DNA of 64,000 bases. Source: Psilocybe cubensis. Its lineage: Eukaryota. The position numbers were made by a program, and so were the translations under genes. The notes below the pieces were generated by a model that was given only the letters and a program-made list of their open reading frames with translations, searched no databases and had not been told where the DNA came from. This document shows positions 23,693 to 36,551 of this stretch, piece by piece. Location of the stretch: positions 2,356,001 to 2,420,000 of the forward strand of contig CM039003.1 of the NCBI GenBank assembly GCA_017499595.2. The letters are read 5' to 3'. How positions within the stretch are numbered: the first letter of the stretch is position 1; the number at the start of each line of letters is the position of its first letter.

Positions 23693-24984
23693 TTATCTCC
23701 TGCCATAATGGCCGCCACTCTGGCCGACCTGTGGTTGCTGATTGGGCCAGGCGGCGTGATGGGGCTGCTGAGAGGCGGCTGCGGCTGCGGCCAACCCACC
23801 GAGTTGTTGACCACCAGGCCCACCCTGAGGTGGTTGAGCACCGGGGGCGGCGTAGCTGTAGCCAGTGTTCATCATGTGCGGAGGATACATTTGGTCGTGG
23901 GGCTGGTGGTGCTGCGGCTGACCAGGGTGGTGGGCATACGAGGGATTGGAGTACTGGGCAGGAGACGATGCAGCGACTTGCTGATGCTGCTGTTGGGGCG
24001 ACGTCGGTGAACCGAGAGCGATCTGCGATTGAGGAGGATGGGATGGGTGTTGGCCTCCTGGTGCTTGGCCTGCGGGAATGTTGAGCGGTGGTGGGACGGT
24101 GGCATTCGGAGAATGAGGCGATGTCGCTCCTCGATTGGGGTTGGGCGGGGCGGGGCCACTGGTGGACGAGTTACGGCGGCGACGCTTGTCACCAGAATTG
24201 GGACGACCGCCATGAGAGGCTGCGGTGTCGTCGTGGTGGTCATCATCCTGATCGTCATCCTTGACATTGCTGGGGGCGGCACCGCCGCTGATGGAGAGAC
24301 CGCCTGGGATATTGGCGCTTGGCTGGGGCCCAGGGATGCTCATGGGCCCGGAAGCACGACCAAGAGGGGGACCAACGGGCATGGTGGAGGGCAGAGAGCC
24401 ATGGGGGGCGTTGAGACAGGCCTGGATGAGATTCTTGCCCTCTGGCTGAGTGACGAGGGGCTGTAGTTTGGCGGTGGTGAAGGTGTAGACGAGGCCGGTC
24501 TCAGAGACAACCAAGAGGAGAACCTGAGTGCCGGTGAGAGTAGAGAGCTCGTAGGCCTGAGTAGAATGAGCAAAAAGGAAATGACGGATTGGGAAGAGAT
24601 GTTACCTTTTTCATAATTCCTGTAAATAGGCATGTGAGAAGAGGAAGACTTGGAGAGACAGAAGGACAACATACCAGCTTTCCTTTTGGAGAACGTTATA
24701 TGACGTCTCGATTTATCCTGGATGAACTCGATCTTGATCTTTCGTCGTCCCGCCTTCTTGTCGGATTTTGGTTTCGCATCGTCGTCGTCGTCGTCGTCAC
24801 CGCCGCTTTCCGCCGCGTCGTGGTCGTTGATGAACGCGTCGTCGCCTACCTGCGGGCCTGGCGCGGGCGGGGGGTGGCCGTCTGCAGGCCCCGGGTGGTC
24901 GACGGTGCGTTGGCGCTTGCGCATGGTGGGCGAGGTGGGGGACATGGCGGGTTTCTGCATGTCGAGAGAGGGCATGGCGTGCAT
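23693..24984 (-). CDS. MCM1: SRF-type MADS-box transcription factor
   Basis: Exons 24984-24675, 24619-24606, 24556-23693 give GRRKIKIEFIQDKSRRHITFSKRKAG|IMKK|AYELSTLTGTQVLLLVVSETGLVYTFTTAKLQPLV...GKNLIQACLNAP, the canonical Mcm1/SRF MADS+SAM domain, followed by a Q/P/H-rich tail. Confidence 0.96.
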
Positions 24985-27260
24985 TGGAGGCGGAAATGAG
25001 GATATGTATGAGTGTGGGCAGTGGTGGGCGCTTTGGAAGACGCTGGCGGGCGAAGAAAAAAAAAGACTGACAGACTATGGTGGCTGCGACCTGGTCGCTG
25101 CTGGTGGCAGAGAGCTGTGTGTGGAGGAGCGGGGCTGCTCGCTGTGTAGCTCGACGGAGAGGATGGACGAGCGACGAGCTTGGGTTACGGGAGTCTGGCC
25201 GGAAAAGGAATTGGGTGGAAGGCGGAAAAGGGAAAGCTGATCAGGACTCGTTTTTGAGGTCTGCCGGATGATAAACGAACATCAACAGAACAACAACACC
25301 ACATCAAGCGTACAAATAAGGTCATCAATGCTCTCTGCACCTTACCATTGGCCAGTCCTATCCGGTAATCCGGAGAATCCCGCCACATGAGACATTGGAA
25401 TCCCCCGTCTCGTGATCTCCCTCTTCCCGAATCCCCTCTTTATTACCCTCCCCTTCCGCAGCACGCAAAACATACGTGCATAACATATCCATCCCTCTTG
25501 TGCCTAGTTACCGTGCCCCACCCCGACCCTGTTTTTCCTCCAGAATCCTTTCTCCCAGATTCCCCGCTTTTGTCGCTGCTTCCACATGCTCATCCTCAAG
25601 TCTCGGCTCTGTCTGTCTTTGTCACCCTCTCCCCTGCGTAAACATCAGCTGCCGTACACCACGGAGCACGTTCGTGCCTCCCATGTTGGGCCCAAAACCG
25701 CGGCCAAGGACACTTTCTGTTTGATTTTCCTCCAATGTGGGAGAATTTAGTCAGATCCTGTCAAGTCTAAACTAGGCCGCATATGGCCTCTTGGGCGTTC
25801 ACTCTGCCATCCCTCGATGCCTTCCCAGTCCATTGCAAGGCAAGTTACAGCGTCAACGGTGGCGTACTCTTTTCTAATTTTATGACTCGACTTTGCCCTT
25901 TTCAGGCCATATATGTATTGCCAGAATTACGAATTTTCTCTGCATATCAATATCATATCGCCTGTCGAGTCCTGGCATGTCATTTATTACCCAGGCTTCC
26001 CCACAAACCCACTGCCACTTCTTTCCGCTCTAAATGAAATCCCACATGTACATGTATGTATAGCCCCCATGTCAATCAAAAATCCTCCGTGGCTTTTCAT
26101 TGCCTTATCTCGTCGACTCCACCAGCGCTAATCAGCACTCGCCTCGAAAGTCAAAAAACCATCCGAGCACACCAATGTCTGTATTAGACAATCCTGCCCA
26201 TCAGTTTGCACCGTAGCTTTCCTGCTATGCGGGCACACATCTCGGTCGTTTCTAGATCCCAATACATCGACAAGTGATGTCTGATACGTCATTTCCATTT
26301 CAAGACCCTCACATACCGACGTCCGATGTTATCTTTGTCGCGCCTCTAAAATGCTTTTTCCTCCTACCGTATATCACTGCACACGGATACCGACCTTCCG
26401 AGTACCTGTATTATATGGCAACAGCGCCTCAGGATAGCGACAGATAGCGGTTAACCAGGAAAGAATAGAAGCGGCTCGGTGCCATACCGCGCTCCCAACG
26501 GTCTACGTACGGCAGTTGTATCTGGCAGACATATGTTTAGCATATATTTAGCATTGCCTTTTGGATTATTATCCACCGCAGAGACGCTGCCGCAACATAT
26601 CGCAATTAGCGTTTTCTATTTATTGTCCTTTCCTGCTGTGGGCGAGTTCAGGACCGCTATAGATCCACAAGAATAGCATGCATTTAAATCATACAAAAAT
26701 TGCCGTCTGACACCGCAGATATAGCTTTACGATTATCTGCCGGGCAGCGTCATCATAATCCTCTCTGTCAAAATTTTGTCCTCGTGTTCCTTTTCCGAAT
26801 CAGTGCCTCGAGCAACAAGAGAGCACACATGGCACTCTAAGTCTAGCCTATCGTGCGTCATGGCGAGGGATATCGATATACGATATATCTTTACATACCC
26901 AACCATCTGCTCTACTGAACATGTATGCCCGGGTGTCACGTCCATTAAAAGAAAATTCAAAATTCAAAATTCGAAATCGATCAATCAACAATCAACCATC
27001 TTTCAAGTCTTAAGTCTCAAGGCCTCAAGGCCTCCCGAGTCAAGTCAAGTCAAGTCACAGACTCAGCTCTATTCAGCTCTGGCCCCGGCCCCGGCCATCT
27101 CGATTCTCGATTTCCTCAACTTGACAAAACGGATTGACTTGACCAGATAAGGCGTCATCAGACACTTGGGATGAAATGCTCACATAGACGGTGGACCCCA
27201 TCTTGTCATACTTATCCCATAAAGGAACGAATTGCCATCTGGGGTCAGAGTCAATGCAGG

Positions 27261-27311
27261 AGCACAATCATAAGCACAATCATAAGCACAATCATCAGCA
27301 CAAGCACAAGT
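27261..27311. repeat. 12-bp tandem repeat (AGCACAATCATA) x3 plus degenerate units, upstream of MCM1
   Basis: Read directly: agcacaatcata agcacaatcata agcacaatcatc agcaca agcaca. Short AAGTC, AAAATTC and GCTGCGA tandem arrays lie nearby (26950-27545). Confidence 0.85.
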
Positions 27312-29915
27312 ACACACAAGCGCTGATTGAAAGCTCGCGCTCAGGGCCAGGGCGTAGGATTAAAGTCAGGGACACTAGGACCCCAGACCTCCGGAGTCCG
27401 CTAGCCTGCCGATTTCTTGCACGAGCAAGGCAAATGGATAGTTTATCACTTCTTTGCCGTTCATTTTTGCCAAAAAAGAAAAAAGAAAGAAATACCAGTT
27501 CTTCTGCGCAGGAGAGCTGCAAGCTGCGAGCTGCGAGCTGCGATGACGGGCAGGTGTGCTAATCCAAGCGACCATCAGTCTCAGTCGACCGCTTTTCATT
27601 TTTCATTTTTTTTGCGAAATGAAAGGAAATGAAACTAGCGAAGCTGGTTGTGCTCTGAGCTTCCATTGCGAAGGCGAAGAAACCGTGATTGAACGTTGAA
27701 CGAACGCGCAAACGAGAATCGTTCGGACATTTGGAGTCGACGGACGGTACGCCTGCGACCTGCGAAGCGAAACACATACACACGCACACAGAGATTTGCT
27801 GATACATTCTGTCCTTCTGCTTTGTGACGATTTCGTATGCAGGTTATTGGTGCACTGTATGGTAAGTACTACTACCAGCTATGATCTCCCATTATGTAGA
27901 TGGATTTTTTATTTTTCCGTCTGCCGTCCAGCGATAGTCATCTCCTCTCAATGATCCGGTATACAGCGTTATATGCTACGAACGCTCAGCATGGCGCAAC
28001 TCGTAAAGCCTGCCTGCAGTTTATGACTCCCATCGACGGCAATCCTTAATCTCGGAGAGAGAGGATACCGGGCCCACTTCGCTCGTCATAGATCGATGTC
28101 ATTTAATCCAGTCCACCCGACCCGAGCCAATACTGTTACTTACTACATATGAAGAAATAAGCTTTCCGCGCTTTTAATCCTATTGCCATTTGCCAAGCTT
28201 TCACAAGCGATATCATTCATTCATTTCATTCATTGCATCCCGACGACGTGTTTACAACAGATTGCTCTCTCTCAAGGTGTTGCCAGCGTCAAAATGTGAC
28301 TGATTGAGAAGAAGCAGAAAACACCAACAAAGTGAAGGCGTAATATGTGTAATCTTTCTGTTATCCCTTAAAGCTTAACCCCTCGGGATCCCTGCTCTGC
28401 CACTGCCTGCCCGCCTGCTCATGATATGTACTTACTTGTGCCCAGTAAAATTTAAAACAACACACCAGCACCAACGGAACGCCGCTAAAACAAAATAACA
28501 TACGCACGACGTGTTCATGATCGCTTTTTCCTCAATTCAGCGGCAGATAAGATGATCATGATCATGGACACTAGAAAGGGGGGCTGGCTGACGTGCAGTG
28601 TTTTGTTGTAGTCAGGTCCAATCAGCGCTTTTGAAGCGGGCAGTTGTGTTTGTTTGATTGATGGCGTACTATGTGGTCTTGTGTGCTCCTTTTAATCGTG
28701 GGACCGTTGACGTCCTCAGATTTGGCTCGACTGCACACTTTCGCCGTCCATTACTTACGGAGGAGCTCAACGATGTCTACATTTAAAAAAGAACTATCGG
28801 ATGTCTACGTTCCATGGCCTCGTTTCAATCTAGATCGCCTCTTTTCAAGGCGCAGTGATGCTGCTGCAAGTCTAAGTAAGTACATACAATTCATCGCAAA
28901 TGTTTGCTGCGTCGGCGTTATGGAATGGAACAGGAATTGATGTCTTTCCCCGGATCCTCCCAAGTTCTCATCTTGATCCTGTCAAACGTTACTCCGGTTC
29001 CAGAATCAACCCCATGTCACGACCTTACACATGTCCAGGACAACCAACACAATTCTTTGAATAGCCAGCTAGCTAAGGTTGTCAATACACTTTACCTATA
29101 CAATGAACTAAGTATGCATTACATGATTATCCGCCTGGTGAGACCAGAGAAGTCAGAGTCGTTTACTAAAGTATTCAATAGCCACGTATCCTTCTCAGGC
29201 GGCAGGCCCTTCTCAATTGACGCGATCCGGCACAAGAACAAAATGTGCATTGATACCATCGGGCGATGGGCGTTTTTCAGAAGGATCATCAAGACAACCA
29301 GGGAAAGTCTATGAATACAACTTGAATATAGTAGTAGTAGTAGTAGTAGCCGGTTCCGGCCCCCTAAATATCATTCATTCAACTCGAAGGTTTAAACTTA
29401 AAAACCCCATCCACGCGCTATCCCAGCGTAACCCCAAGCGTTTAATAGCTTCTGTTGTTTCAACATTCATATACTTCATTGAATAGAAATAAATCATATG
29501 AGTGAAGGAGTTTGAAGGTATCCGGTATGGCCGCAAGGAATGCCCGAGTCTCAGAGCTGCAAAGCAACCACCAACACAGAAATAAGCGCCTGAAGTTTCA
29601 CTGCTGTAAATTTGTACCACGTACTGCCACTCGATCGGATTAGAAGAAGCCTCTGGTGTCCATTTTCTTTCCTTGTCTCATCACTGAAACAGCGCTGTAT
29701 GTTTAAAGCCGAATTTTTGTAAGGCCTGCGTAGGAAAAAAACTTCTTCGAATTCCAATTAAACAGGGCGCACAAGAAGCGTTGACAAAAGTAGTTGAAGC
29801 AAGTATGAATCAAGAAATGACACATCATATTACAAACAATTATTGTTTAAACAAGAAATAGTAGATGTCGTCAAAAATATCCAGAACCATGCAAGAAAGA
29901 AAAAAATATGGAAAC

Positions 29916-30215
29916 ATATGTAACAAATAGCATCCACTGCCTCCGCTCGTTTTCTGTCGCGCGCCAATGTTCGAAAGCTGCACAGGCAGAGATGTCATCA
30001 CCCTCATTCGATCCCTCAACGTGTCCGCCAGCCAAGGAGCAAAGAGACCAGGCCTTCACAAACGAATGTACAGCACATGGTGGAAAGGCAACCAGGCGGG
30101 AATAATCTTGAAGTCTCCCCAGAGACCCATCCCAATATGCCACCACACAGCGCTGAACAGGCGTAGATGAAAACCCAGCCCTAGCATCCGTAGAACCGAC
30201 GCCCACGAAGAGAAG
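29916..30215 (-). ncRNA. Candidate structured non-coding RNA, family not recognised
   Basis: TATAAA at 30242-30237, then four abutting stem domains rich in G-U pairs on the minus strand, ending in ACA and a T-rich run. No convincing ATG-initiated ORF. Confidence 0.4.
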
Positions 30216-30236
30216 AAAGATGGCGCCACCGCGCTC

Positions 30237-30242
30237 TTTATA
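30237..30242 (-). promoter_or_regulatory. TATA box upstream of the candidate RNA
   Basis: GATATAAAGAG on the minus strand, followed about 20-30 nt later by a pyrimidine-rich initiator-like stretch (ATCTTTCTTCTCTTC). Confidence 0.45.
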
Positions 30243-30536
30243 TCTCCTGCCCTAACAGCCTCCATTTTTTTCCGATTTTGACATTCGAATCGTACTGCTC
30301 CTCCGTATTCATTGGCGCCGTCACCTCCTCGTTATTTTATGAAAAACACTGATGTGTAGCATCTAGTGCAAATATGTCTTCTCCTTCTGTTGATCGCAGT
30401 AATGGCGAGGTCGCTATCAAGTTGGAACCTGGTCCGCAACAAAATCCTGGGTGTTCTTCCATGAGAGCCATGTTGAGATAGGTCCAGTAAATAGCCGATG
30501 TCAAAGCCCAATTCTACGAGTATGTGGAACCTATGG

Positions 30537-33500
30537 TCATGTTTTCGGAGGGGGACCAAGAGATTGGAGGGCCTTTGCAACTCGGTCTTCATATTCCAGC
30601 GAGTTGGCCCCGATATCTTGACGTACGTTCCGAATCGCCGATATAATTGTGGATGAGGACGCGACATTATTTTGTCGCAGCCATGAGCGAGGCATGACAT
30701 TGAATAGATACTCCGCTGTATCTTCATCTGGAACAGAGAAGAGCATGGAATATTGTACGATGATAATAAATAAAAGAGAATTTCGAGAAGAGAAAGAAGA
30801 TTTGGAAAGAACCGCTATAATATAAGTCATCCACAACCAACAAATCGAACGACCACGTACCATTCGGCTCAACTGTGCCCAACTGGTTGGCGCCCTCGAG
30901 CCTGCTCAAATGAATGTCTTCACAGCCATTATCACGGCAGGTGCCACCGCCCGGAACTTCATATCGACAAAGCCGTTTGCTGGGATCAAGGTTTTTGCCC
31001 AAAGTCGCCAACTTGAGAGGTTTAAGATCTGGCCTGTGTACATAGGAATGATAAGCAGCATCGACAGATTTAGCATCAACAGACTCAGAATGAGGAGACA
31101 AAGACGACAGAGAAGTGGGGTACAAATCAGAGACGAAATCTGGAGACAAAGGCTGAGACGCGGAGGACATAGCGTCGGCAACGTTGCGCAAACGCGGATA
31201 AAACTCAAAAGGAGATTTGTAGCTAGAGAAGACTTCTTCCTCCTGAGGAGGCAGGTCATGACTGGTTGATTGGAATTCCTCCAAGGTGCTTGCGTCTTGC
31301 TTTGGGAGGGCTGGAGGTGGGGTTGGAGAGCCCATCTGCATATACAAAGATGACCATCAGTTTTACGTTTGTTGCAACCCTGCGTTGCCGAGGGGAATGA
31401 ACGAACTCGCGAGACGCACCTGTGTCGACGGCGACGAGCTTTGGTCGGCGTCGACTGATCTCTCTGTATGTTGAAGCTGTTGTTGAGTTATAGCATGATC
31501 GGTCTGTCAAAAAAAAAAAAAAAAGAAACCGTGAATAGCGCAAAACGCCAACAAAGGTTTAGTGAGAGTCACAAAAGAATGTGAGTTACAGATAGATGGG
31601 ACAGAACATCAGGAAAGTTAATGAGAAAGCTGTCTGGTCGAATAAGAAAAGGATATCTTGCCGCTCGTGATTCCTGTGCCTCGGGGTTGGCGTCTACAGG
31701 ATAATCATGAGGACAACAGAAAAGGAAGAGATCCGTACGCGTGAGTGTGGCAACGACGCGACAGCAACACATATAGTGAAAAGATATGCGGAGAAAAATG
31801 TTAGTAGGAGAGAGTATCACAAGGAGGCAAATGGATGAAGGTAATGACTCGCCTTGACGTTCCACAACATCGTCATCTACGTCCATGCCATTATCCTCTA
31901 CTTCAGGTGAGTTAAACCTATGTTAGTGAGAGATTCAGCGGGAGGACATGCCGACTGGAGATTCTGCAGCTGGGACTGAACATATACTGAGTGTGATAAA
32001 CAGGAAAAAAAGGTACAAGGCGTACGAGGAGTGGCGGGTTTGATGTTCTGGATCTCTTTGCCCGGCACGTGTGGGGCAGACTCAGCAGATATCACAATAT
32101 CCACTTCCTCTAATTTGAGAGGTGTAGCTTGAGCGACAGAAGTTGATATGCCACCGTTGTTCAAATTGGTTGCCGAAGCAGACCTCGCGAGCTGGTGGAC
32201 ATACAGAAATGAGTGCCCAGATGCAAGATAAGTTTCCCTGAACAACGCACCGCCAATTTACGCAGCCGCGTTTCCTCTTCGCGCTGCGCAATCCACTCCC
32301 GCAACCTACGGATCTCGAGCTCCTTCTCCTCAAGGGAAGGAGACATCGTACCAGATGTAACTGACTTAATCGGTGCGGGAGATGAATACTTGCGCGGTGG
32401 CGGCTGAGTACGTTTATCTCTCCATTGCATGGAGCTTTCCTGCGGTTGTGATCGCCGCAGGGGGTCTTCTGCTTCCTCGTCCTCCTCGCTGTCACTATCG
32501 CTGAGCTCAATGACACACCTTCTTGAATTGATATTCTGAAAGGTAGTGCCCTTGGTCAAGCGACGTGTGATGCTCCCAGTACCATTTATACGTTCTATGT
32601 GACTCATATGTTCCTGCCGTTTAGGGGCAGGATCAAAATCAACAAAGTCGGCAGCGACTGGTCGCTTGGAGCCTCGCCGAGGAAAGACATCAACAGGTGT
32701 TGGCGGTGTGGAAGAAGAAAAATAAGAGAAATTTGATGTGGACGAACCAACCGACGTTGGAGGAGGGTCCGCAAAAGATGATGAGATGGAAAAATGTTCC
32801 GACATGGCAGAGTTCAGACCATTAGCAACTTGATCTCGTTCCAGTCCAATTGCCTGATCTGTGATCGATTGTTCCTGTTGCTCGACATTCATAGAAGTGC
32901 TTTGCGCTTCGGGGTTGACACTGAGGACGGCTGACGGCTCCGGTTCTGGTGCCTTTACAGCACTGAGGCTGTTCAGAAAATCCTCAACAGTCTCAGTAAC
33001 TGCATACGGTGCGACGTCATTGTTATCGGAATCGGTGACCATTGGATCATTTGCTTCTGCAGATATTTCGACAGAGGTTTTCGCAGGCACGTGTTGTTTT
33101 TGTTTACGGGATGCCTGAACAGCGGCCTTGCGTGCAAGCAGCACCTGGCGTCGTTGTTTTTCCATATCGTGTAGATCCGTATTTTGTGGACTTTCCAATA
33201 CCGGTGAAAGAGATTCCAAGGGTCCAGCAGGTGGCGTCGAAACAGTTTGTGGTGCTTCTGTGATAGGAGACGCCCTTGGCTCAAGAAGATCAGTTTCTTT
33301 CTCAGGTGGTGGTGGTGGTGGTGGCATCGATGCAGGTTGTTGCTGAATTTGAGCAATAGTCTCTGGAGTGTATGGAATCAATCCTGAGGAATCGAAATCA
33401 TCCGGAAGGCGAAGTTCCAGTTCATTAAAAACATAGAATATCACTTCCTTGCTGACGCCACAATCGACGAGAAACTCGAATGGTACTCCCCAGCCCAAAA

Positions 33501-34301
33501 GATCGAGAATAATGCCTTTGACGGTATCATAATCCTCTTGATTTACTAACATGCTACCCAATCAGATAACAAAATAATAAAGAAAGTCAAAACTTGAGAC
33601 TTACGGTCTATGCCTGGCCTGACGCGATCAGGACCGATATCTACCGTGTCATCGGGTTCAGAAACCCCTAGCATTGGAATTTTGACAACCTCTTCCTCTT
33701 TCTTGAACACAGGCACAAATGTCTCAGGCTTGAGTGATAATCTGTCAATAAGTGCGGGTGGGGGATGTTGCCGTGTTCGTACCAATTGCGCCGGTAGTTG
33801 TGCTCGAGTTGGTTGCGCTTCTGGTGATAACGATCTAGGTGACGGTGACAATGGAGGTGGTGTTGGCCGGATGTGTAGAGTAGTATTCATATAGGTTTCT
33901 GGAGTCACTGATTTGAGGGGTATAGGTGATTTAGTAGACTTTTGAAAACCATAATCGTCGATCTGCATCGGAATGTTTGGAGGACCTTCCTCGTCACTGA
34001 TTTCTCCCTCCTCACGCATCTGCGTATCTATGATGGGGGTTGGAGACTTTTCCTTGACTTGGGAAACTTCGGACACAAGCCGACCAGGATCAGTCTTAAC
34101 ATTGTTATCCTCCTGTCCGTAATCCAGTTGGAATGAGTCACTTGGAGGGGGAGGGCGGAGAGACACAGGTATAGGCTTTTCCACTGCAGCTGCTTTTCTA
34201 CGTTTTGATTTTTTTAATGTCGACAGAGCAGCGGCACGAAGGGATGACACTGGGTCGGAAGAAACCATCGTCGCCGAAGTGCTGCTCGACGACGCTTCCA
34301 T
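30537..34301 (-). CDS. C3H1 zinc-finger protein, Red1/ZFC3H1-like (putative MTREC/PAXT scaffold)
   Basis: Multi-exon. N-terminal LRAAALSTLK, REEGEISDEE, IILDLLGWGVPFEFLVDCGVS, RGSKRPVAADFVD, RRCVIELSDSD and a coiled coil (LEEKELEIRRLREWIAQRE). C-terminal FSSYKSPF...LDPSKRLCRYEVPGGGTCRDNGCEDIH is a zf-C3H1 finger of the Red1 type. Confidence 0.72.
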
Positions 34302-34696
34302 GCCCGGACAAAAGTTTTGCGGTAGGAAAAGCAAGTTGTAAGGCTTGTTTAAAAGTAGCCCAAGTCCAAGAAATAGGATAATGGCTGAAGGTGGATAAGC
34401 AAAAGAGAATGATGATGAAGCATATGCCAGGCCGCAGAGCACGACAGCTCGGTGTATATTCTTTTTTGAGACGAATAATCCCACGATCAGTTTCGTAAGG
34501 CACGCACGGACCAACGCCACATGGCTTGTTGGAAACTTGGTGTTACCGCTTTGATTTAACTTTGCTTTCACTAAACACCGGCACCAAAGAAATCGCGTCT
34601 TTGGGGTTGTCCTAGAGTCTTACTCTGCTTTTAAAATTCTTCGAGCATTTTTCTAATTTTCTCAGAGGTTGTGTCTCGTCGAAAGACAATACCATC

Positions 34697-35214
34697 ATGC
34701 CCACCAATGACTCGGATGATGGCGTTCATTTTCTACTTAAAACTGTTAATCCCAAGACGCCTCGAGGCTCATACGTTGTCTACTATACTTCTTCAGTAAA
34801 CGTGCGTACCTCGTGGGGATCGCACGTCATTGTCGCAGACTTTCATGGCGAGTCACACGGTATAGGAACTAGCGCCATATTCTTGGAGGTACCCTAAGCC
34901 CTTCATGATTCATTCAAAAAGGAGGATCTTGTCATTTCCGGCCATTAAATAACCTGGAGCTCTAAAGGCCATATACGATGGTTACAATTGTTATCTTGTG
35001 GAGCAAGACAACCGCGAGCAACGGACTTCAAGATCGCAAAGGTTGCATTGCCCATCATCGGATCGACGTCGACATCTCTTCTCGGTCAGGCTGGCATTGG
35101 AACGAATTTGGGCAAGTTCGAGGCTTCACCCTGGATGTATAACATCGAAGTAAGAAATCTGTTATATAAATGGCATCTTAGACTGTACACTAACTGAATC
35201 TCTATCTGTCAGTA
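34697..35214 (+). pseudogene. Stop-interrupted reading frame with an intact intron, divergent from the Red1-like gene
   Basis: A single frame from ATG 34697 to 35149 is broken only by TAA at 34895 and 34946, then followed by a clean intron, GTAAGA...ACTAAC...CAG (35150-35211). Product not recognised. Confidence 0.4.
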
Positions 35215-36551
35215 AGTACTAACTAAATTCCAGAATAGGGTCTGCCAACTTGTTTAACTGTCGAGGAAAGGATTCTTCAGAGTTAGAAGTTAGATCATGA
35301 TTGGTTCGTATTGTACTGACAGTGATATTGCTTCGGGAAAGTTTTCTGTCAATCCATTAACGCGACTGTGTGGTGCGTACAGCGCTAGGCAAATTCTTGA
35401 TTCTATTGTAGCCTGCCTATTTCCTTGAACAATGGTTTATTTGGCGCCCATTTTCCGAGGATATTCTCACCGACCGCTGTGGCGATCGTTCTCTTTATAT
35501 GACATTTGGTGTTCAAATGACGATTTATCGTTGAAACTCAATGTTCATGACATATCTTGCTTCCGGACAACCCTAGAGATGATGCCGCGGCCATTTTTCT
35601 CAGTGTCATTTTAGTGGCCGCGGCTTAAGATCATTTTTGGCAATATGATCATCCAATGAGCCTTATGATGATGGGCATAAGTCATTTAAAGTAACACAAC
35701 AAAATTGGGACTTGGGCCTAGGGAAGGAGGCTAGCTTCTATTCCGTTATTTGCTCATGGCGCATCATAATCATCAAGGAATGCTGAGCAGATGTGTTAGA
35801 TCATAATTACCCATTGAGCATGTTGACCAAATACAAACGAAAGGGAAGCGCTTATCTACAGCTGCTCTCGGCCTCGGAGACATCATATCAATTGCTCTGT
35901 CTGTCCTATTATTGCGCGGGCGTGTAGTGGCTGGAGCTTTCAAGGGCTTCGGCTATCTTTCTACAACTCACTGACAAGCCGCACTCACAACGAATCTGAG
36001 CTGCCGACTAGTATCCACCATCAAAACTGCCGATAACATGGTAGATGGTTCCTTAGCAGTACTGAGAGAACTGCCTTGTAAAATGTCTTCGATGAGTGTG
36101 TGCGTGATTCATACCTTGGAATTGTTCCAGAATATACCTTGGTCTTGTTGAGAGATTTTTAACAGTTTCGCCAAAGGTCAGTTCACTAGCGAAAGCATTG
36201 CCAACGCCTGGCGAGCCAACCACGACTACGCTCAGGCTAAAAATGGTAGGATACGCTATTTTTGGACTTTGACTCGGCCCTCGGATTAACTTGGCCATGC
36301 ATCCCCGATCTATGAGGTTGCCGGATATGCTACGCGTCGCTTGTCGGTGGCCCCTGCGTCTCTACACTAGGCCTATGCGTTTTTGCTCCTACAAGGGCAA
36401 TTGACAGATCACTGAATGCTACCATGCGAACGTTCCGGAATATTTACCGCTTGCATTCCTATATATACACTTAAGATGGGAAGAGCAAGGCCCAACAGCA
36501 ATCCCTTCTTCTCATACAACCTGTACACATCTCTCAACCTTTCTATTCACA

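Noticed and set aside
15792-29900. Mating-type locus or pheromone precursor genes near MCM1
   Set aside because: No STE3 receptor, homeodomain gene or short ORF ending in a clear CAAX was seen; very short ORFs were not exhaustively checked.
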